Shown here piece by piece: positions 29,711-40,890 of a stretch of DNA of 64,000 nucleotides (positions are counted from its first letter, which is position 1; every line of letters begins with the position of its first letter). Below the pieces are notes generated by a model. It was not told where the DNA came from. It worked only from the letters and a program-made list of their open reading frames with translations, and searched no databases. The translations under genes and the position numbers were made by a program. This DNA comes from Gammaproteobacteria bacterium (lineage in GTDB: Bacteria > Pseudomonadota > Gammaproteobacteria > Acidiferrobacterales > SPGG2), in NCBI GenBank assembly GCA_029861845.1, contig JAOTYM010000002.1, forward strand, positions 19,510 to 83,509, given 5' to 3'.

Positions 29711-30487
29711 ATGCCTAAGAGCGATAGCGCAAACTCAATCCGGCAACTGCGGTCCGGTTCATCGTTACCTCAGCACGTCGCCGTCATTATGGACGGTAAT
29801 GGACGTTGGGCAACGCAACGGCGCCTACCACGAATAGCTGGACATTCGGAAGGTGTAAAACGGGTGCGTGAACTAGTTAGCGTTTGCGCCGAGAAAGGGA
29901 TCAAATACCTGACACTGTTTGCATTTAGTAGTGAGAATTGGCGTCGACCGAAACTAGAGGTCAAGTATCTTATAGAACTATTCGTTAGCGCACTCGATGA
30001 AGAGTTGAAGAAACTGCAGGAGAACAATATTAAGTTTCGGGTGATCGGCCAGATAGATCGCTTTGGAGAGAATGCTGTTCGTAAGATCAAGAATGCTGAG
30101 GCGCTGACGCGCGGTAATGACAGACTGGCGCTAACCATAGCGGCTAATTATGGCGGACGCTGGGATATTGCGCAGGCATGCGCTGAGCTTGCTAGGCGTG
30201 CACAGGAAGGGAAGATCGAGGTGGATGCCATTACTCCAGAGTTGATTGAGGCTTCATTAAGCATGCACGATACGCCTGATCCGGATTTGTTTATACGCAC
30301 CGGGGGTGAACAGCGCGTGAGTAATTTCCTTCTGTGGCAGCTCGCGTATACTGAGTTGTACTTTGTGCCGATTTTGTGGCCCGACTTTGACCGCTCCCAA
30401 TTCGATCTGGCGATGGATTCCTATGTTGCACGTCAGCGGCGGTTCGGCCTTACCGGTGAACAAATCGAGGCCATCCGGCAGGCTTAA
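29711..30487 (+). CDS. uppS: Ditrans,polycis-undecaprenyl-diphosphate synthase
   Basis: 258 aa. HVAVIMDGNGRWA and RTGGEQRVSNFLLWQ motifs. Confidence 0.95.
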   Translation: MPKSDSANSIRQLRSGSSLPQHVAVIMDGNGRWATQRRLPRIAGHSEGVKRVRELVSVCAEKGIKYLTLFAFSSENWRRPKLEVKYLIELFVSALDEELKKLQENNIKFRVIGQIDRFGENAVRKIKNAEALTRGNDRLALTIAANYGGRWDIAQACAELARRAQEGKIEVDAITPELIEASLSMHDTPDPDLFIRTGGEQRVSNFLLWQLAYTELYFVPILWPDFDRSQFDLAMDSYVARQRRFGLTGEQIEAIRQA

Positions 30488-30494
30488 GCAGCGT

Positions 30495-31316
30495 GTGTTA
30501 ACAGCATTAGTGCTGTTGCCGCTCATTGTCGCCGCCATGATCTATCTGCCTTCATCGTGGCTTGGTGTAGTGCTGGGAATTTTTATCTTGGTGGGCGCTT
30601 GGGAGTGGGCAGCGTTGTCTGGGCTTCAAGCATTACCACAGCGAATAGTCTATGTGGTGTTGTTAGGCGTTATGGCTGGCATGACAGCAGTAGGTATTTG
30701 GCGCTTTCCGGCGTTGGCGATAGCAATTACGGCCGTGGCCGCTGTTTGGTGGGTATGGGCGTTTTTTGGTCTAGTGCGTCGGACTGAGGGTGCAAGTGGC
30801 ATGTTTCATTCTATGATCGGAAGACTTGTGGGCGGTGCATTTGTACTAATTCCAGCGTGGCTGGCAGCCGTCTATCTTCACCGCGTCGATCCCATTAGCC
30901 CGGCTATATTGTTGTTTTTTTTCGCGCTTGTGTGGATCGCCGACACCAGCGCGTATTTTGTGGGTAAGACATGGGGTAAAACACACCTTGCTCCTCGAGT
31001 GAGCCCGGGTAAGACGGTGGAAGGCCTGTGCGGCGCGCTCGTGGCGGTTATCTTGTTGGCCTATTTCTGTGGCGCCATGATTTGGGAGTTGCAAGCGCTG
31101 AATCTGTTCGCCTGGGTCGTGGTGGCTGTTTGTGCGTCGCTCTTTTCTGTACTGGGTGATTTGGTGGAAAGCAAGCTAAAGCGATTGGCGGGGGCGAAGG
31201 ACAGCGGACACTGGTTGCCTGGTCATGGTGGAGTGCTTGACCGTATTGATGCAATAACCGCAGCGGCGCCGGTGTTCGCGTTGGGCTGGGCGCTTCTTCA
31301 GGGTATGAAGGCATGA
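30495..31316 (+). CDS. cdsA: Phosphatidate cytidylyltransferase
   Basis: Multi-TM protein with the CDS signature [35 protein letters not shown]. The track ORF (from 30363) overlaps uppS by 125 nt. Alignment to CdsA N-termini (..[13 protein letters not shown]..) favours GTG 30495; GTG 30456 is an alternative. The start is uncertain. Confidence 0.85.
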   Translation: MLTALVLLPLIVAAMIYLPSSWLGVVLGIFILVGAWEWAALSGLQALPQRIVYVVLLGVMAGMTAVGIWRFPALAIAITAVAAVWWVWAFFGLVRRTEGASGMFHSMIGRLVGGAFVLIPAWLAAVYLHRVDPISPAILLFFFALVWIADTSAYFVGKTWGKTHLAPRVSPGKTVEGLCGALVAVILLAYFCGAMIWELQALNLFAWVVVAVCASLFSVLGDLVESKLKRLAGAKDSGHWLPGHGGVLDRIDAITAAAPVFALGWALLQGMKA

Positions 31317-32521
31317 ACACACTGAAAGGGGTGACCGTACTCGGTTCTACGGGATCGATTGGCGTGAGCACGCTTGATGTGATAGCGCGTCATCCCGAGC
31401 GTTTCAAGGTCGCCGCCTTAACTGCGAATACGCAGGCGGACCGACTATTCGAACAATGTCAGCGAATGCACCCGGTTCATGCGGTGATGCTAGACGAGTC
31501 TGCCGGTATGAAACTTAGGGAGATGGTCAGCGTAGCGGGGTTAGAAACGGAAGTGACCTCTGGCGCGGCCGCACTGGAGGACGTGGTTACGAACTCTGCA
31601 ACGGATATTGTAATGGCGGCCATCGTCGGCGCCGCCGGATTGCTCCCAACCCTGGCCGCGGTGCGGGCGGGAAAACGCGTGTTGCTCGCTAACAAAGAAC
31701 CACTCGTAGTGGCCGGAAATTTGTTTATACGTGAAGCACGCCGTTCTGGCGCAGAGCTTTTGCCGATCGATAGTGAGCATAACGCCATCTTTCAATGTAT
31801 GCCGGCGGGATATATGCCGGGGAAAAATCATGCCGCGGTTCGACGAATCCTGCTGACGTGTTCCGGTGGACCGTTTAGGACGGCCCGGCCACAAGATCTA
31901 GTAGCGGTTACGCCAGAACAGGCCTGCGCCCATCCTAACTGGGTAATGGGTCGAAAGATTTCGGTGGACTCGGCCACGCTAATGAACAAGGGCTTGGAGT
32001 TGATCGAGGCTTGCAGGCTATTCGATTGTACGCCTGATCATGTTCAAATCTTGATACACCCACAAAGTGTTGTACATTCGATGGTGGAATACAAAGATGG
32101 ATCCGTGCTGGCACAGCTCGGTAACCCAGATATGCGCACCCCTATTGCGCATGCCTTAGCATGGCCGGAACGCATCGAGTCGGGCGTCGAAAGCCTCGAT
32201 CTATTCGAGGTGGCTCAACTCGATTTCGAACCGCCCGATCTGGGAAGATTCCCTTGCCTTGCCTTGGCTCGCGATGCCGCCCTGGCAGGCGGCACAGCGC
32301 CAGCTATACTGAACGCCGCTAATGAAGTCGCCGTGGACGCATTTCTTGATCATAGAATCCGCTTTACAGATATATCTTGTGTGATCGAGCATACGTTATC
32401 TAATGTCGGCCTGAACGATGACAATGACTTAGAGGCAGTGCTAGCTGATGACGCGGCGGCACGCACCTCTGCCAGTAGTTTTGTTGCAGGTTCGAACTAC
32501 AAAGCCGCCAGGGAGTTCTAG
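31313..32521 (+). CDS. dxr: 1-deoxy-D-xylulose 5-phosphate reductoisomerase
   Basis: 402 aa. [20 protein letters not shown]-binding N-terminus, and LANKE / [12 protein letters not shown] motifs. Confidence 0.95.
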   Translation: MNTLKGVTVLGSTGSIGVSTLDVIARHPERFKVAALTANTQADRLFEQCQRMHPVHAVMLDESAGMKLREMVSVAGLETEVTSGAAALEDVVTNSATDIVMAAIVGAAGLLPTLAAVRAGKRVLLANKEPLVVAGNLFIREARRSGAELLPIDSEHNAIFQCMPAGYMPGKNHAAVRRILLTCSGGPFRTARPQDLVAVTPEQACAHPNWVMGRKISVDSATLMNKGLELIEACRLFDCTPDHVQILIHPQSVVHSMVEYKDGSVLAQLGNPDMRTPIAHALAWPERIESGVESLDLFEVAQLDFEPPDLGRFPCLALARDAALAGGTAPAILNAANEVAVDAFLDHRIRFTDISCVIEHTLSNVGLNDDNDLEAVLADDAAARTSASSFVAGSNYKAAREF

Positions 32522-33882
32522 TGATCGATATCCTTTTTACAATATTAGCCTTTGTCGTGGCCTTGGGAGTCTTGATCGTCGTGCACGAGTTTGGCCATTA
32601 CTGGGTCGCTAAGCAGCTAGGCGTCAAGGTGCTGCGTTTTTCGGTTGGATTTGGCAAACCATTGTGGTCGCGCCGTTTTGGTGCCGATAGAACTGAGCTG
32701 GTAGTTGCCGCCCTGCCACTAGGCGGCTATGTAAAAATGCTAGATGAAACTGAAGGTGAGGTTCCGGAGAGTGAAGCACACCGGGCTTTTAATCGACAGT
32801 CCATTCCCAAGCGCATAGCGGTGGTTGTTGCCGGACCACTTTTCAATTTCCTATTTGCTGTGTTTGCTTATTGGGCTTTGTACATGATTGGTATAGACGG
32901 GATCAAACCAGTTGTCGGAAAGGTTGTAGAAGGATCGATCGCTGAGAAAGCCGGTTTTCGTGTTGGTGACGAGCTGTTGCAGTTGGACGATAAGGATGTC
33001 ATTAGCTGGAATCATCGGCGTTTGTATATTTTTGAGCGCGCTCTTGATGGCTCGAAGATACGAGCCGTAGTGAGAGATACAGATGGAGTGCTGCAGACAC
33101 GGACATTAGACTTATCGGAATTGCCCCTGAGCAAAGTGAACGCGGCATTGTTGGGGAGCGGATTAGGACTCTACGGTTATGTTCCAGAAGTTTTGCCGGT
33201 CATCGGCGATTTGAAAGAGGGCCCGGCGCGGAAGGCGGGAATGAGAGTTGGCGATCGAATTATAAGGATCGGTGAACAGCCCATTGAAACCTGGGAAGAT
33301 GTAGTCGAAGGTGTTAGTCCAAGGGCCGGTGAGTTGATTCAGATTACTATCGACCGTGCCGGTGAGCGATTGACTTTTGAGTTGACACCTGAGCCGGTGC
33401 AACGAGACGGCAAGACCGTAGGTTTAATCAAGATTGCGCCAAGCTACGGCCCAATTCCCCCTGAGTTGAGTGTGCAGGTGCGCTACGGGCCACTCGAAGC
33501 ACTTGTTGAAGGTGCGGCCAGCAGCTGGTCGATGTCTGTGTTGACTTTAAATATGCTGTTTAAGATGTTGAAGCTCGAAGTATCGACTAAGAATATTAGT
33601 GGTCCCATTACCATTGCTCAATATGCGGGCCAGACGGCTAAGATCGGTCTCGATCGATTTCTTATGTTTTTGGCCGTCGTAAGCATAAGCTTGGGGGTGC
33701 TCAACCTATTGCCGATTCCTATACTCGACGGCGGCCACCTGATGTATTACTGCATTGAGGCAATAAAGGGAAGTCCTGTCTCTGAGCGAACAATGATCTG
33801 GGGTCAGCAGTTCGGCATACTAGTGCTGATCGGCTTGATGGTCCTAGCCTTCTATAACGATTTTACGAGAATCTTTCAGTAG
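32521..33882 (+). CDS. rseP: Sigma-E protease RseP (site-2 zinc metalloprotease)
   Basis: 453 aa. HEFGHYWVA zinc motif, two PDZ domains, and C-terminal NLLPIPILDGGH. Confidence 0.9.
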   Translation: MIDILFTILAFVVALGVLIVVHEFGHYWVAKQLGVKVLRFSVGFGKPLWSRRFGADRTELVVAALPLGGYVKMLDETEGEVPESEAHRAFNRQSIPKRIAVVVAGPLFNFLFAVFAYWALYMIGIDGIKPVVGKVVEGSIAEKAGFRVGDELLQLDDKDVISWNHRRLYIFERALDGSKIRAVVRDTDGVLQTRTLDLSELPLSKVNAALLGSGLGLYGYVPEVLPVIGDLKEGPARKAGMRVGDRIIRIGEQPIETWEDVVEGVSPRAGELIQITIDRAGERLTFELTPEPVQRDGKTVGLIKIAPSYGPIPPELSVQVRYGPLEALVEGAASSWSMSVLTLNMLFKMLKLEVSTKNISGPITIAQYAGQTAKIGLDRFLMFLAVVSISLGVLNLLPIPILDGGHLMYYCIEAIKGSPVSERTMIWGQQFGILVLIGLMVLAFYNDFTRIFQ

Positions 33883-33913
33883 TCCTTCTCCGTATTCTTC
33901 CACTAGGAGACTG

Positions 33914-36192
33914 ATGCAAAGACTACTTGCAGCGCTGCTCTTATGCGCGTTCTCTACTTTGACTATGGCCGCCATGGAGGCGTTCACTGTCACTGATATC
34001 CGCGTCGAAGGTGCGCAGCGTATCTCGGCTGGCACTGTGTTCAATTATCTCCGATTAAAGTCGGTGACACGTTGACGGAAAAGGGCGCTCAACAGGCGAT
34101 CCGTGCGCTCTTCCAGACCGGGTTTTTCGCGGATATACGTCTTGAGCGAGATGGAGATGTGCTAATCGTGATCGTGAGCGAACGACCGGCTATTGCCAGC
34201 ATTGAAATATCTGGCACGCGAGATGTTTCTGAAAGTGAGCTCAAGCAGAGTTTGCGGGAACAAGGATTTGTCGAGGGGCGGGTGTTCAACCGCGCGCTGT
34301 TGGAAAAGATCGAGCAGGAACTCAAGCGAACGTATTTCAGTCGCGGGCGGTACTCTATAAAGGTAAAGGCCTCGGTAACGCCTCTGGAGCGCAATCGGGT
34401 TGCAGTTCAGATCGATGTTTCAGAGGGCCGGACGGCGCGCATCAAGCAAATAAACTTGGTTGGTAACCACCAATTTTCTGAGAAAGAACTTTTAAAACTC
34501 CTGGAATTACGCGAAAAGCCAGGTCTGTTTCGGAAGAAGGACAAATACTCACGACAACAATTAGTCGGCGATCTAGAAAGGTTGCGAAACTTTTACCAGG
34601 ATCGAGGTTTTCTAGAATTTGACATCGAGTCTACACAAGTGTCCATCACGCCGAATAAAGAAGAGATCTATATCACCATAAATATTGTCGAGGGTAAAAA
34701 GTATACGATTTCGGATATACGTTTTGCGGGTAAGTTCGTAATACCGAAAGAGGAGCTTAATGCATTATTGCTCGTTAAAGCAGGCGATACATTCTCACGT
34801 AGGCAGATTACGGAGACGACGAAAAGTATCAACGATGCGCTGGGCGATCAAGGATACGCATTCGCTAACGTTAATGCCGTTCCTGATGTTGATGATCAAA
34901 ACGCTACTGTTGCGTTTACATTCTTTATTGATCCTGGCAAGCGGGTGTATGTGAGGAGAATTCGATTTGAAGGAAACTTAACCACGCAGGACGGCGTCTT
35001 ACGGCGGGAGATGCGTCAATTCGAAGGTGCGTGGTATTCGGCGAGCAAGATACGTCGATCGCGTGAGCGCTTGCAACGACTGGGGTTTTTCAGTTCCGTC
35101 ACGGTGGAAACACCTACTGTTGCAGGTACACCGGATCAAGTGGATGTCATAGTCCAAGTTAAGGAGCGGTTGACGGGTAATCTTATTTTCGGAGTTGGTT
35201 TCTCTGACAGCGAAGGCGTGTTGATCAATGCAAGTGTTTCGGAAACCAATCTGTTTGGAACCGGACGAGAGCTGTCGCTCCAACTCAACAACAGTGATTC
35301 GATTAATTCCTTGTCACTTCGTTATGTGAATCCCTACTTTAGAAAAGGAGGCCTAAGTCGTGGGTTTCGAGTTTTCGTTCGTGACATCGACACCACAGAC
35401 TTGGATATCGGCGAATATGAGACCGATAGTCGCGGTGGCGGCATGTTCTTTGGGATCCCGATAAGTGAAACGCGAAAGCTCAATCTTGGCCTCGATCTTG
35501 AGCGAACCGAAATTGGGACTACGGTAGACAGCGCCCAGGTCGCCCAGGATTTTGTGGCTGCAAACGGCCCAGAAAACGATATCCTCAAGATGACCGTTGG
35601 CTGGTCGCAAGACTCGCTTGATAGATTTCTCTTCCCTCGTAAGGGTGCTATACAACGCTTCTCGGGGGAGATTTCGGTGTCTGGCAGCGACCTCGAATAC
35701 TACAAGCTCACTTATGAGGCGGCCCGTTACTGGCCGGTGAGCCGCCGCACGAGTTTCCGCGCCAAAGGTGAATTGGGGCGGGGTGATGGCTATGGCGATA
35801 CCGAGCAACTGCCGTTTTACAAGAATTTCTTTGCGGGTGGGACCAATACTGTGCGTGGTTATGAGTCACGGTCGCTGGGGCCCAAGGACACTAGGGCCCC
35901 GTTTGACCCGATCGGGGGCGATAAACGCGTGCTGGGGAACTTGGAGTACATTTTTCCCCTTCCCGGCGAAGAGCAGGAGAGTATGCGTGTAAGCCTGTTT
36001 GTGGACGCAGGCCAGGTATATGGCCCAGATGAAGACGTTGATCTGGACCTGTTGCGTTATTCTACCGGATTGGCGTTTAATTGGTTAAGCCCGGTGGGAC
36101 CTCTGGCGCTGAGTATTGCGGCACCCATAAATGATGAGCCAGATGACGAGCTCGAGAGGTTTCAGTTCAGCCTAGGCGTGCCATTCAGATAA
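33914..36192 (+). pseudogene. bamA: Outer membrane protein assembly factor BamA, interrupted by an apparent 1-nt frameshift near codon 46 (possibly a sequence error)
   Basis: ATG 33914 (AGGAGA at 33905-33910) encodes the signal peptide and the start of POTRA1 (..FTVTDIRVEGAQRISAGTVFNYL), then hits TGA 34073-34075. The rest (PIKVGDTLTEKGAQQAIRALFQTGFFADIRLERDGD.. through the C-terminal beta-barrel ..ERFQFSLGVPFR) is in the -1 frame from C34051; the track ORF 34072..36192 is its open portion. Homology to BamA is continuous across the junction. Confidence 0.85.
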
Positions 36193-36209
36193 GCATACAG
36201 GAGTAAGTT

Positions 36210-36737
36210 TTGGAGACGAGAGCTTTTTGCTACAAGTTGTTCGGGGTCTTACTGGTATTCGCCGTTCTTTCGTCAGCGAATGTGGTGTTGGCCCAGGCCA
36301 TAAAGATTGGCTATGTAAACGCTGTTAAAGTTATCGAGAAGGCACCGCAGGGTGAGGCCGCGTTGAAAAAACTCGAGTCCGAGTTTGGTCCACGAGATAA
36401 GCGGCTTGTGTCGATGCAGAAGGACATAAAGGAGTTGGAAGACGATCTCGAGAAGAACGCATTGATCATGAAGGACGTTGACCGGAGTAGGAAAGAACGG
36501 GAAATCCTAACCATGAAACGAAACCTTAGGCGCACAACCCAGGAATTCAGGGAAGATTACAATCTGCGTCGAAATGAAGAATTGGCGGTGCTGCAAAAGA
36601 TTGTCAAGCAGGCAATAGTAGAGATCGCTAAGCAGGAAAAGTACGATCTAATCGTCCATGAGGGAACTATATATGCGAGTAGTACGATCGATATCACTGA
36701 CAAAGTTCTGGAAAAACTCAACAAGAAGTCAGAGTAA
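36210..36737 (+). CDS. skp: Periplasmic chaperone Skp (OmpH)
   Basis: 175 aa. Signal peptide, a Lys/Glu-rich coiled-coil body, and the conserved bamA-skp-lpxD position. Non-ATG (TTG) start in the track. Confidence 0.85.
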   Translation: METRAFCYKLFGVLLVFAVLSSANVVLAQAIKIGYVNAVKVIEKAPQGEAALKKLESEFGPRDKRLVSMQKDIKELEDDLEKNALIMKDVDRSRKEREILTMKRNLRRTTQEFREDYNLRRNEELAVLQKIVKQAIVEIAKQEKYDLIVHEGTIYASSTIDITDKVLEKLNKKSE

Positions 36738-36739
36738 AG

Positions 36740-37777
36740 ATGGTATTTAAACTTGCTGATCTGGCGCGTCTCTTTAATGGCCAGATCCGGGGCGATCCCG
36801 ATGTAGAGATACATGGTGTCGCGACTCTCGATAACGCCGGTCCGCATGACATTACTTATGTCACGAACCAGAAATACTATCCGGCACTGTCCAAGACATT
36901 AGCAGGCGCTGTAATTCTGACAGCGAATAATGCCGACAAATGCACTGGCAACGCTTTCATCACAGAAACCCCTCGCCTTTGCTTCGCTCAAGTTGCTACC
37001 CTGTTTAGTCCCCCCATCCCTTTCGAGCCTGGCGTGCACGCAACAGCTTGCATCGCCGACGATGCAACTATCGCAGCTAGCGCATGGGTTGGTCCACAGG
37101 CCGTGGTAGAGGCTGGTGCTTTCATTGGGAACGATGCTTTTGTTGGGCCCGGATGTTTCGTCGGCGCTCGATCTGTAATAGGTGTGAATACGCGATTGGT
37201 CGCCCGCGTTGTCGTGAATTACGATTGTGCTATTGGCGGGAACTGCTTGGTACATCCAGGGGTCGTAATTGGCGGCGATGGATTTGGTTTTGCTAATAGT
37301 GGTTCGGCGTGGTTAAAGGTTCCCCAGCTTGGTGGGGTGCGAATTGGCAACGATGTCGAAATCGGGGCGAACACGGCTATTGATCGGGGTACCATGGGCG
37401 ATACAGTTATCGGTGACGGCGTAAAATTGGATAATCTAATTCAGATTGCACACAATGTTCATATTGGTGACCATACGGTGGTTGCAGCCTGTGTTGGTAT
37501 AGCTGGAAGTACGCGCGTGGGTCGACGATGCGCCATTGGTGGCCAAGTTGCCTTCTCCGACCATTTAGAGATTGCAGACGATGTGTACATAGCGTTAGGT
37601 TCGCGCGTTACAAATTCTATTAGCGAGCCTGGTAATTACTCGTCGAGTCTCAAAGTCGAGCCGGCGGAAAAATGGAAGCGCAACTTGATCAGACTGTCAC
37701 AACTTGATGAGACGGCTAAGCGCCTTAAGGCGCTGGAGAGGGAGATAGAGCGCCTTTCTGGAGCGAGGAAAACTTGA
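36740..37777 (+). CDS. lpxD: UDP-3-O-acylglucosamine N-acyltransferase
   Basis: 345 aa. Left-handed beta-helix hexapeptide repeats with IAHNV.IG, and a C-terminal helix. Confidence 0.95.
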   Translation: MVFKLADLARLFNGQIRGDPDVEIHGVATLDNAGPHDITYVTNQKYYPALSKTLAGAVILTANNADKCTGNAFITETPRLCFAQVATLFSPPIPFEPGVHATACIADDATIAASAWVGPQAVVEAGAFIGNDAFVGPGCFVGARSVIGVNTRLVARVVVNYDCAIGGNCLVHPGVVIGGDGFGFANSGSAWLKVPQLGGVRIGNDVEIGANTAIDRGTMGDTVIGDGVKLDNLIQIAHNVHIGDHTVVAACVGIAGSTRVGRRCAIGGQVAFSDHLEIADDVYIALGSRVTNSISEPGNYSSSLKVEPAEKWKRNLIRLSQLDETAKRLKALEREIERLSGARKT

Positions 37778-38223
37778 ACAACCTCAACATTAGTCAAATA
37801 CTGGAACATATCCCGCATCGATACCCGTTTTTGCTGATCGATCGCGTTATCGAGTACAGAAAGGATACATCGCTTACTGCGCTAAAAAATGTCACTATCA
37901 ATGAACCGTTTTTTCAAGGTCACTTCCCGCATCTCCCCGTCATGCCAGGCGTGTTAGTAATCGAGGCCATGGCGCAGTCGACCGGTATTCTTGCCTTTAG
38001 GAGCCTAGGTCTAGCACCGGGTACGAGTGGCGCCATATATCTAGTTGGCATTGACAAGGCCCGTTTCCGTCGGCCGGTCGTGCCCGGGGATCAATTGAAG
38101 CTAAGCGTGTCCGTAACGCGAAGGATGAAGGGGATCTGGAAATTTGATGCAACCGCTCATGTAGAGGGAGAGCTTTGCGTGGGGGCAGAACTCATGAGCA
38201 CGTATAGGGCAGAGTCTGAGTGA
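37774..38223 (+). CDS. fabZ: 3-hydroxyacyl-ACP dehydratase FabZ
   Basis: 149 aa. LPHRYPFLLIDRV and FFQGHFP..PVMPGVL motifs. Confidence 0.95.
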   Translation: MNNLNISQILEHIPHRYPFLLIDRVIEYRKDTSLTALKNVTINEPFFQGHFPHLPVMPGVLVIEAMAQSTGILAFRSLGLAPGTSGAIYLVGIDKARFRRPVVPGDQLKLSVSVTRRMKGIWKFDATAHVEGELCVGAELMSTYRAESE

Positions 38224-38990
38224 TTCACCCGCAGGCTATTGTCGATTCTGGCGCGAAGTTAGGGAAAAATGTTGAAGTCGGCCCGTTTACGATCATCGGC
38301 GATGGGGTCGAGGTTGGCGATGACACGTGGATAGGTCCGCATGTTGTTATAAGTGGGCCAACCCGAATCGGTCGAAATAACAAAATCTATCAATTCTGTT
38401 CTATTGGCGAAGCGCCACAACATATTAACTACCGCGGTGAACCGACCGAGCTTGTGATTGGTGATCGGAATACTGTGCGGGAATACTGCACGCTTAATCG
38501 CGGCACAGTGGACGGGGCGGGTATAACTCGAGTTGGCGACGATAATTTTCTTATGGCCTACGTACATGTGGCCCATGATTGTTTGGTTGCAAATAACACG
38601 ATACTGGTGAATTGCGCTAGCCTAGCTGGACATGTGGATGTTGGTGATTGCGCCGTCCTTGGTGGCTTTACCGTTATACATCAATTTTGTCGTGTGGGTG
38701 CGCACTCTATTACTGCGTTAGGTACCATCGCGTTCAAGGACATTCCCCCCTACGTGCTGGCCGCGGGCAATGGTGCTCAACCGTATGGCATCAATATTCG
38801 CGGCTTGAAGCGGCGTCAATTTTCGCAGGCCTCGATTGAGGCCTTGCGAAGCGCATATAAGACTATCTATAAATCGGGTCTTAAGATAAGCGAAGCCATT
38901 AGTGAACTGGAAGACAAGGCGGTTCACCAAACCGAAGTTAAAGAGCTCGTTTGCTTCATCAAAACATCAGAGCGCGGCATCATTCGATAG
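38220..38990 (+). CDS. lpxA: Acyl-ACP--UDP-N-acetylglucosamine O-acyltransferase
   Basis: 256 aa. MIHPQAIVD.. N-terminus, hexapeptide repeats, and a helical C-domain. Confidence 0.95.
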   Translation: MIHPQAIVDSGAKLGKNVEVGPFTIIGDGVEVGDDTWIGPHVVISGPTRIGRNNKIYQFCSIGEAPQHINYRGEPTELVIGDRNTVREYCTLNRGTVDGAGITRVGDDNFLMAYVHVAHDCLVANNTILVNCASLAGHVDVGDCAVLGGFTVIHQFCRVGAHSITALGTIAFKDIPPYVLAAGNGAQPYGINIRGLKRRQFSQASIEALRSAYKTIYKSGLKISEAISELEDKAVHQTEVKELVCFIKTSERGIIR

Positions 38991-38991
38991 C

Positions 38992-40164
38992 GTGTCAACT
39001 CCAGGGTTACCAGTGAGAATTGGCATCGTAGCAGGCGAAGTCTCTGGCGATGTGCTTGGAGCTGGCTTGATTAAGGCTCTCAAAGAACGCATTCCCGAAG
39101 TACGCTTCGAAGGTATATGCGGAGAAAAGATGGAGGCAGAGGGATGCAAAGGAATGTTTCCGATGGAATGGCTATCCATAATCGGGCTAATAGAGGCAGT
39201 TGGAAAGTACCCACAGATCTATTGGATGCGCAAAGACCTTATCAAGCACTTTCTAAGCGATCCACCCGACCTTTTTATCGGAATTGACGTGCCGGATTTC
39301 AACCTTGGCTTGGAACAACGACTGCGGGCGGCCGGTATAGCTACGGTTCATTACGTTAGCCCGACCGTATGGGCGTGGCGCAGTTACCGGATTCACAAGA
39401 TAAAAAAGGCCGTAGATCATATGCTTACGTTATTCCCATTCGAAGCGCGTTACTACCAAGAGCATAAGGTGCCAGTCACGTTCGTTGGCCACCCACTCGC
39501 AGACCTGATCGAAGATACGGTTGACCAGGGTAGCTACCGCAAGGCGCTCGAGCTGCCAGCGGACAAAACGATCGTTGCGCTGTTGCCCGGCAGCCGCATT
39601 AACGAGCTTAATAGACACGCCGATCTGTTCGTCGAGACTGCTTGCTGGTTGTATCGACGAAATCCATCGCTCCATTTCGTGGTGCCCTTGGTTAGTGCAG
39701 AGACGCGTGCGATTTTTGAGGCGGCGCTTGAACGAAATCCAACCGCCGACTTCCCGATCATGCAGTTGGACGGTAGGTCGCGCGAGGCCATGGCGGCGTC
39801 GGATGTCGTTCTCCTGGCGTCAGGTACGGCCACCCTGGAAGCCGCCTTATTGAGCCGACTGATGGTCGTAACCTACAAAGTTTCTGTTCTTACTTATTTC
39901 CTAATACGGCTGTTTGCGCATGTTAAGCTTTATTCACTTCCAAATAACTTGGCTGGTTGTCAGCTTGTACCAGAGCTCATCCAAGGGAACGCTGTTCCGG
40001 AGAAGTTGGGACGTGCAGTGGAACGTCTGTTGGAACACCCTGAAAAATCTAAGTCCATTATTGACATGCTCAAAGGAATGCACAAACAGTTACGTAGAAA
40101 CGCCAATGAGCGAGCCGCCGATGCCGTTATGCAGGTACTCAGTGAACAGGGAACTGGAGCTTGA
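38992..40164 (+). CDS. lpxB: Lipid-A-disaccharide synthase
   Basis: [23 protein letters not shown] is the typical LpxB N-terminus. The track ORF (from 38902) overlaps lpxA by 89 nt. GTG 38992, 1 nt after the lpxA stop, fits ortholog N-termini. Confidence 0.9.
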   Translation: MSTPGLPVRIGIVAGEVSGDVLGAGLIKALKERIPEVRFEGICGEKMEAEGCKGMFPMEWLSIIGLIEAVGKYPQIYWMRKDLIKHFLSDPPDLFIGIDVPDFNLGLEQRLRAAGIATVHYVSPTVWAWRSYRIHKIKKAVDHMLTLFPFEARYYQEHKVPVTFVGHPLADLIEDTVDQGSYRKALELPADKTIVALLPGSRINELNRHADLFVETACWLYRRNPSLHFVVPLVSAETRAIFEAALERNPTADFPIMQLDGRSREAMAASDVVLLASGTATLEAALLSRLMVVTYKVSVLTYFLIRLFAHVKLYSLPNNLAGCQLVPELIQGNAVPEKLGRAVERLLEHPEKSKSIIDMLKGMHKQLRRNANERAADAVMQVLSEQGTGA

Positions 40165-40796
40165 AAACAGTTGGGGACACTTCGGGAATCGTGCATAGTT
40201 CGCTGGTAGCAGGTGTGGATGAGGCTGGACGCGGTCCTCTGGCCGGTCCAGTGGTAGCGGCGGCTGTTATTCTCGATGCAAGAAAACCAATTTCTGGCCT
40301 GGCAGATTCGAAGACGTTGACGCCTGAGCGGCGGGAGATTCTTGCCGCAACTATCAAGCAGCGCGCATTAGGTTGGGGGTTGGGGCGGGTAGAAGTCGAA
40401 GACATCGATAAGATAAATATCCTACAGGCGAGCTTACTAGCCATGCAGCGCGCAGTAGAAGCGATGAGTGTCGTTGCTGACTTAGTACTCGTAGACGGCA
40501 ATCATGCACCACCAATGGCATATAATGTACTAACCGTCAGAAAAGGAGATGCTAGGGTCGCGGCTATCGCCGCTGCGTCCATATTAGCCAAGGTAGCACG
40601 CGATGCCGAGATGCGAACGTTGGATCGCTATTTTCCTGGCTACGGTTTTTCGCGTCACAAAGGGTATCCGACCCCCTTGCATTTGCTGGCACTAAAAGTT
40701 TTTGGGATAAGTCCAGTGCACCGAAAAAGTTTCGCACCGGTACGGCAATTGCTTACCCGCTCCCCCTACCCCCTCCCACAAGGGGAGGGGACTTAA
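40161..40796 (+). CDS. rnhB: Ribonuclease HII
   Basis: [22 protein letters not shown].. catalytic N-terminus and DSKTLT motif. The start (TTG 40161) is uncertain by a few codons. The last ~13 codons read through a GC hairpin (see findings). Confidence 0.9.
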   Translation: MKTVGDTSGIVHSSLVAGVDEAGRGPLAGPVVAAAVILDARKPISGLADSKTLTPERREILAATIKQRALGWGLGRVEVEDIDKINILQASLLAMQRAVEAMSVVADLVLVDGNHAPPMAYNVLTVRKGDARVAAIAAASILAKVARDAEMRTLDRYFPGYGFSRHKGYPTPLHLLALKVFGISPVHRKSFAPVRQLLTRSPYPLPQGEGT

Positions 40797-40890
40797 GGTA
40801 CTGAACTACAATTACGCGTATCAACCGCGACGTTTCTCATTCACAATCTATTAGAACCACACCGATTCCTTCCCCACTTGTTGGCAGAGG

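Noticed and set aside
30363-30494. Long 5' extensions of track ORFs that overlap the preceding gene: cdsA from 30363, lpxB from 38902, kdsA from 59974, gspH to 46131, the vWA gene to 16804, and xseA to 2049.
   Set aside because: Ortholog N-termini align to internal start codons placed at or just after the upstream gene's stop. The extensions are stop-free read-through of neighbouring coding sequence, not real overlapping coding regions.
34049-34075. Possibility that the bamA frame change is a programmed -1 ribosomal frameshift.
   Set aside because: The junction (TAT CTC CGA TTA) has no X XXY YYZ slippery heptamer, no obvious downstream stimulatory structure was seen, and no such recoding is known for bamA. 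A 1-nt indel, real or artefactual, is the simpler explanation.
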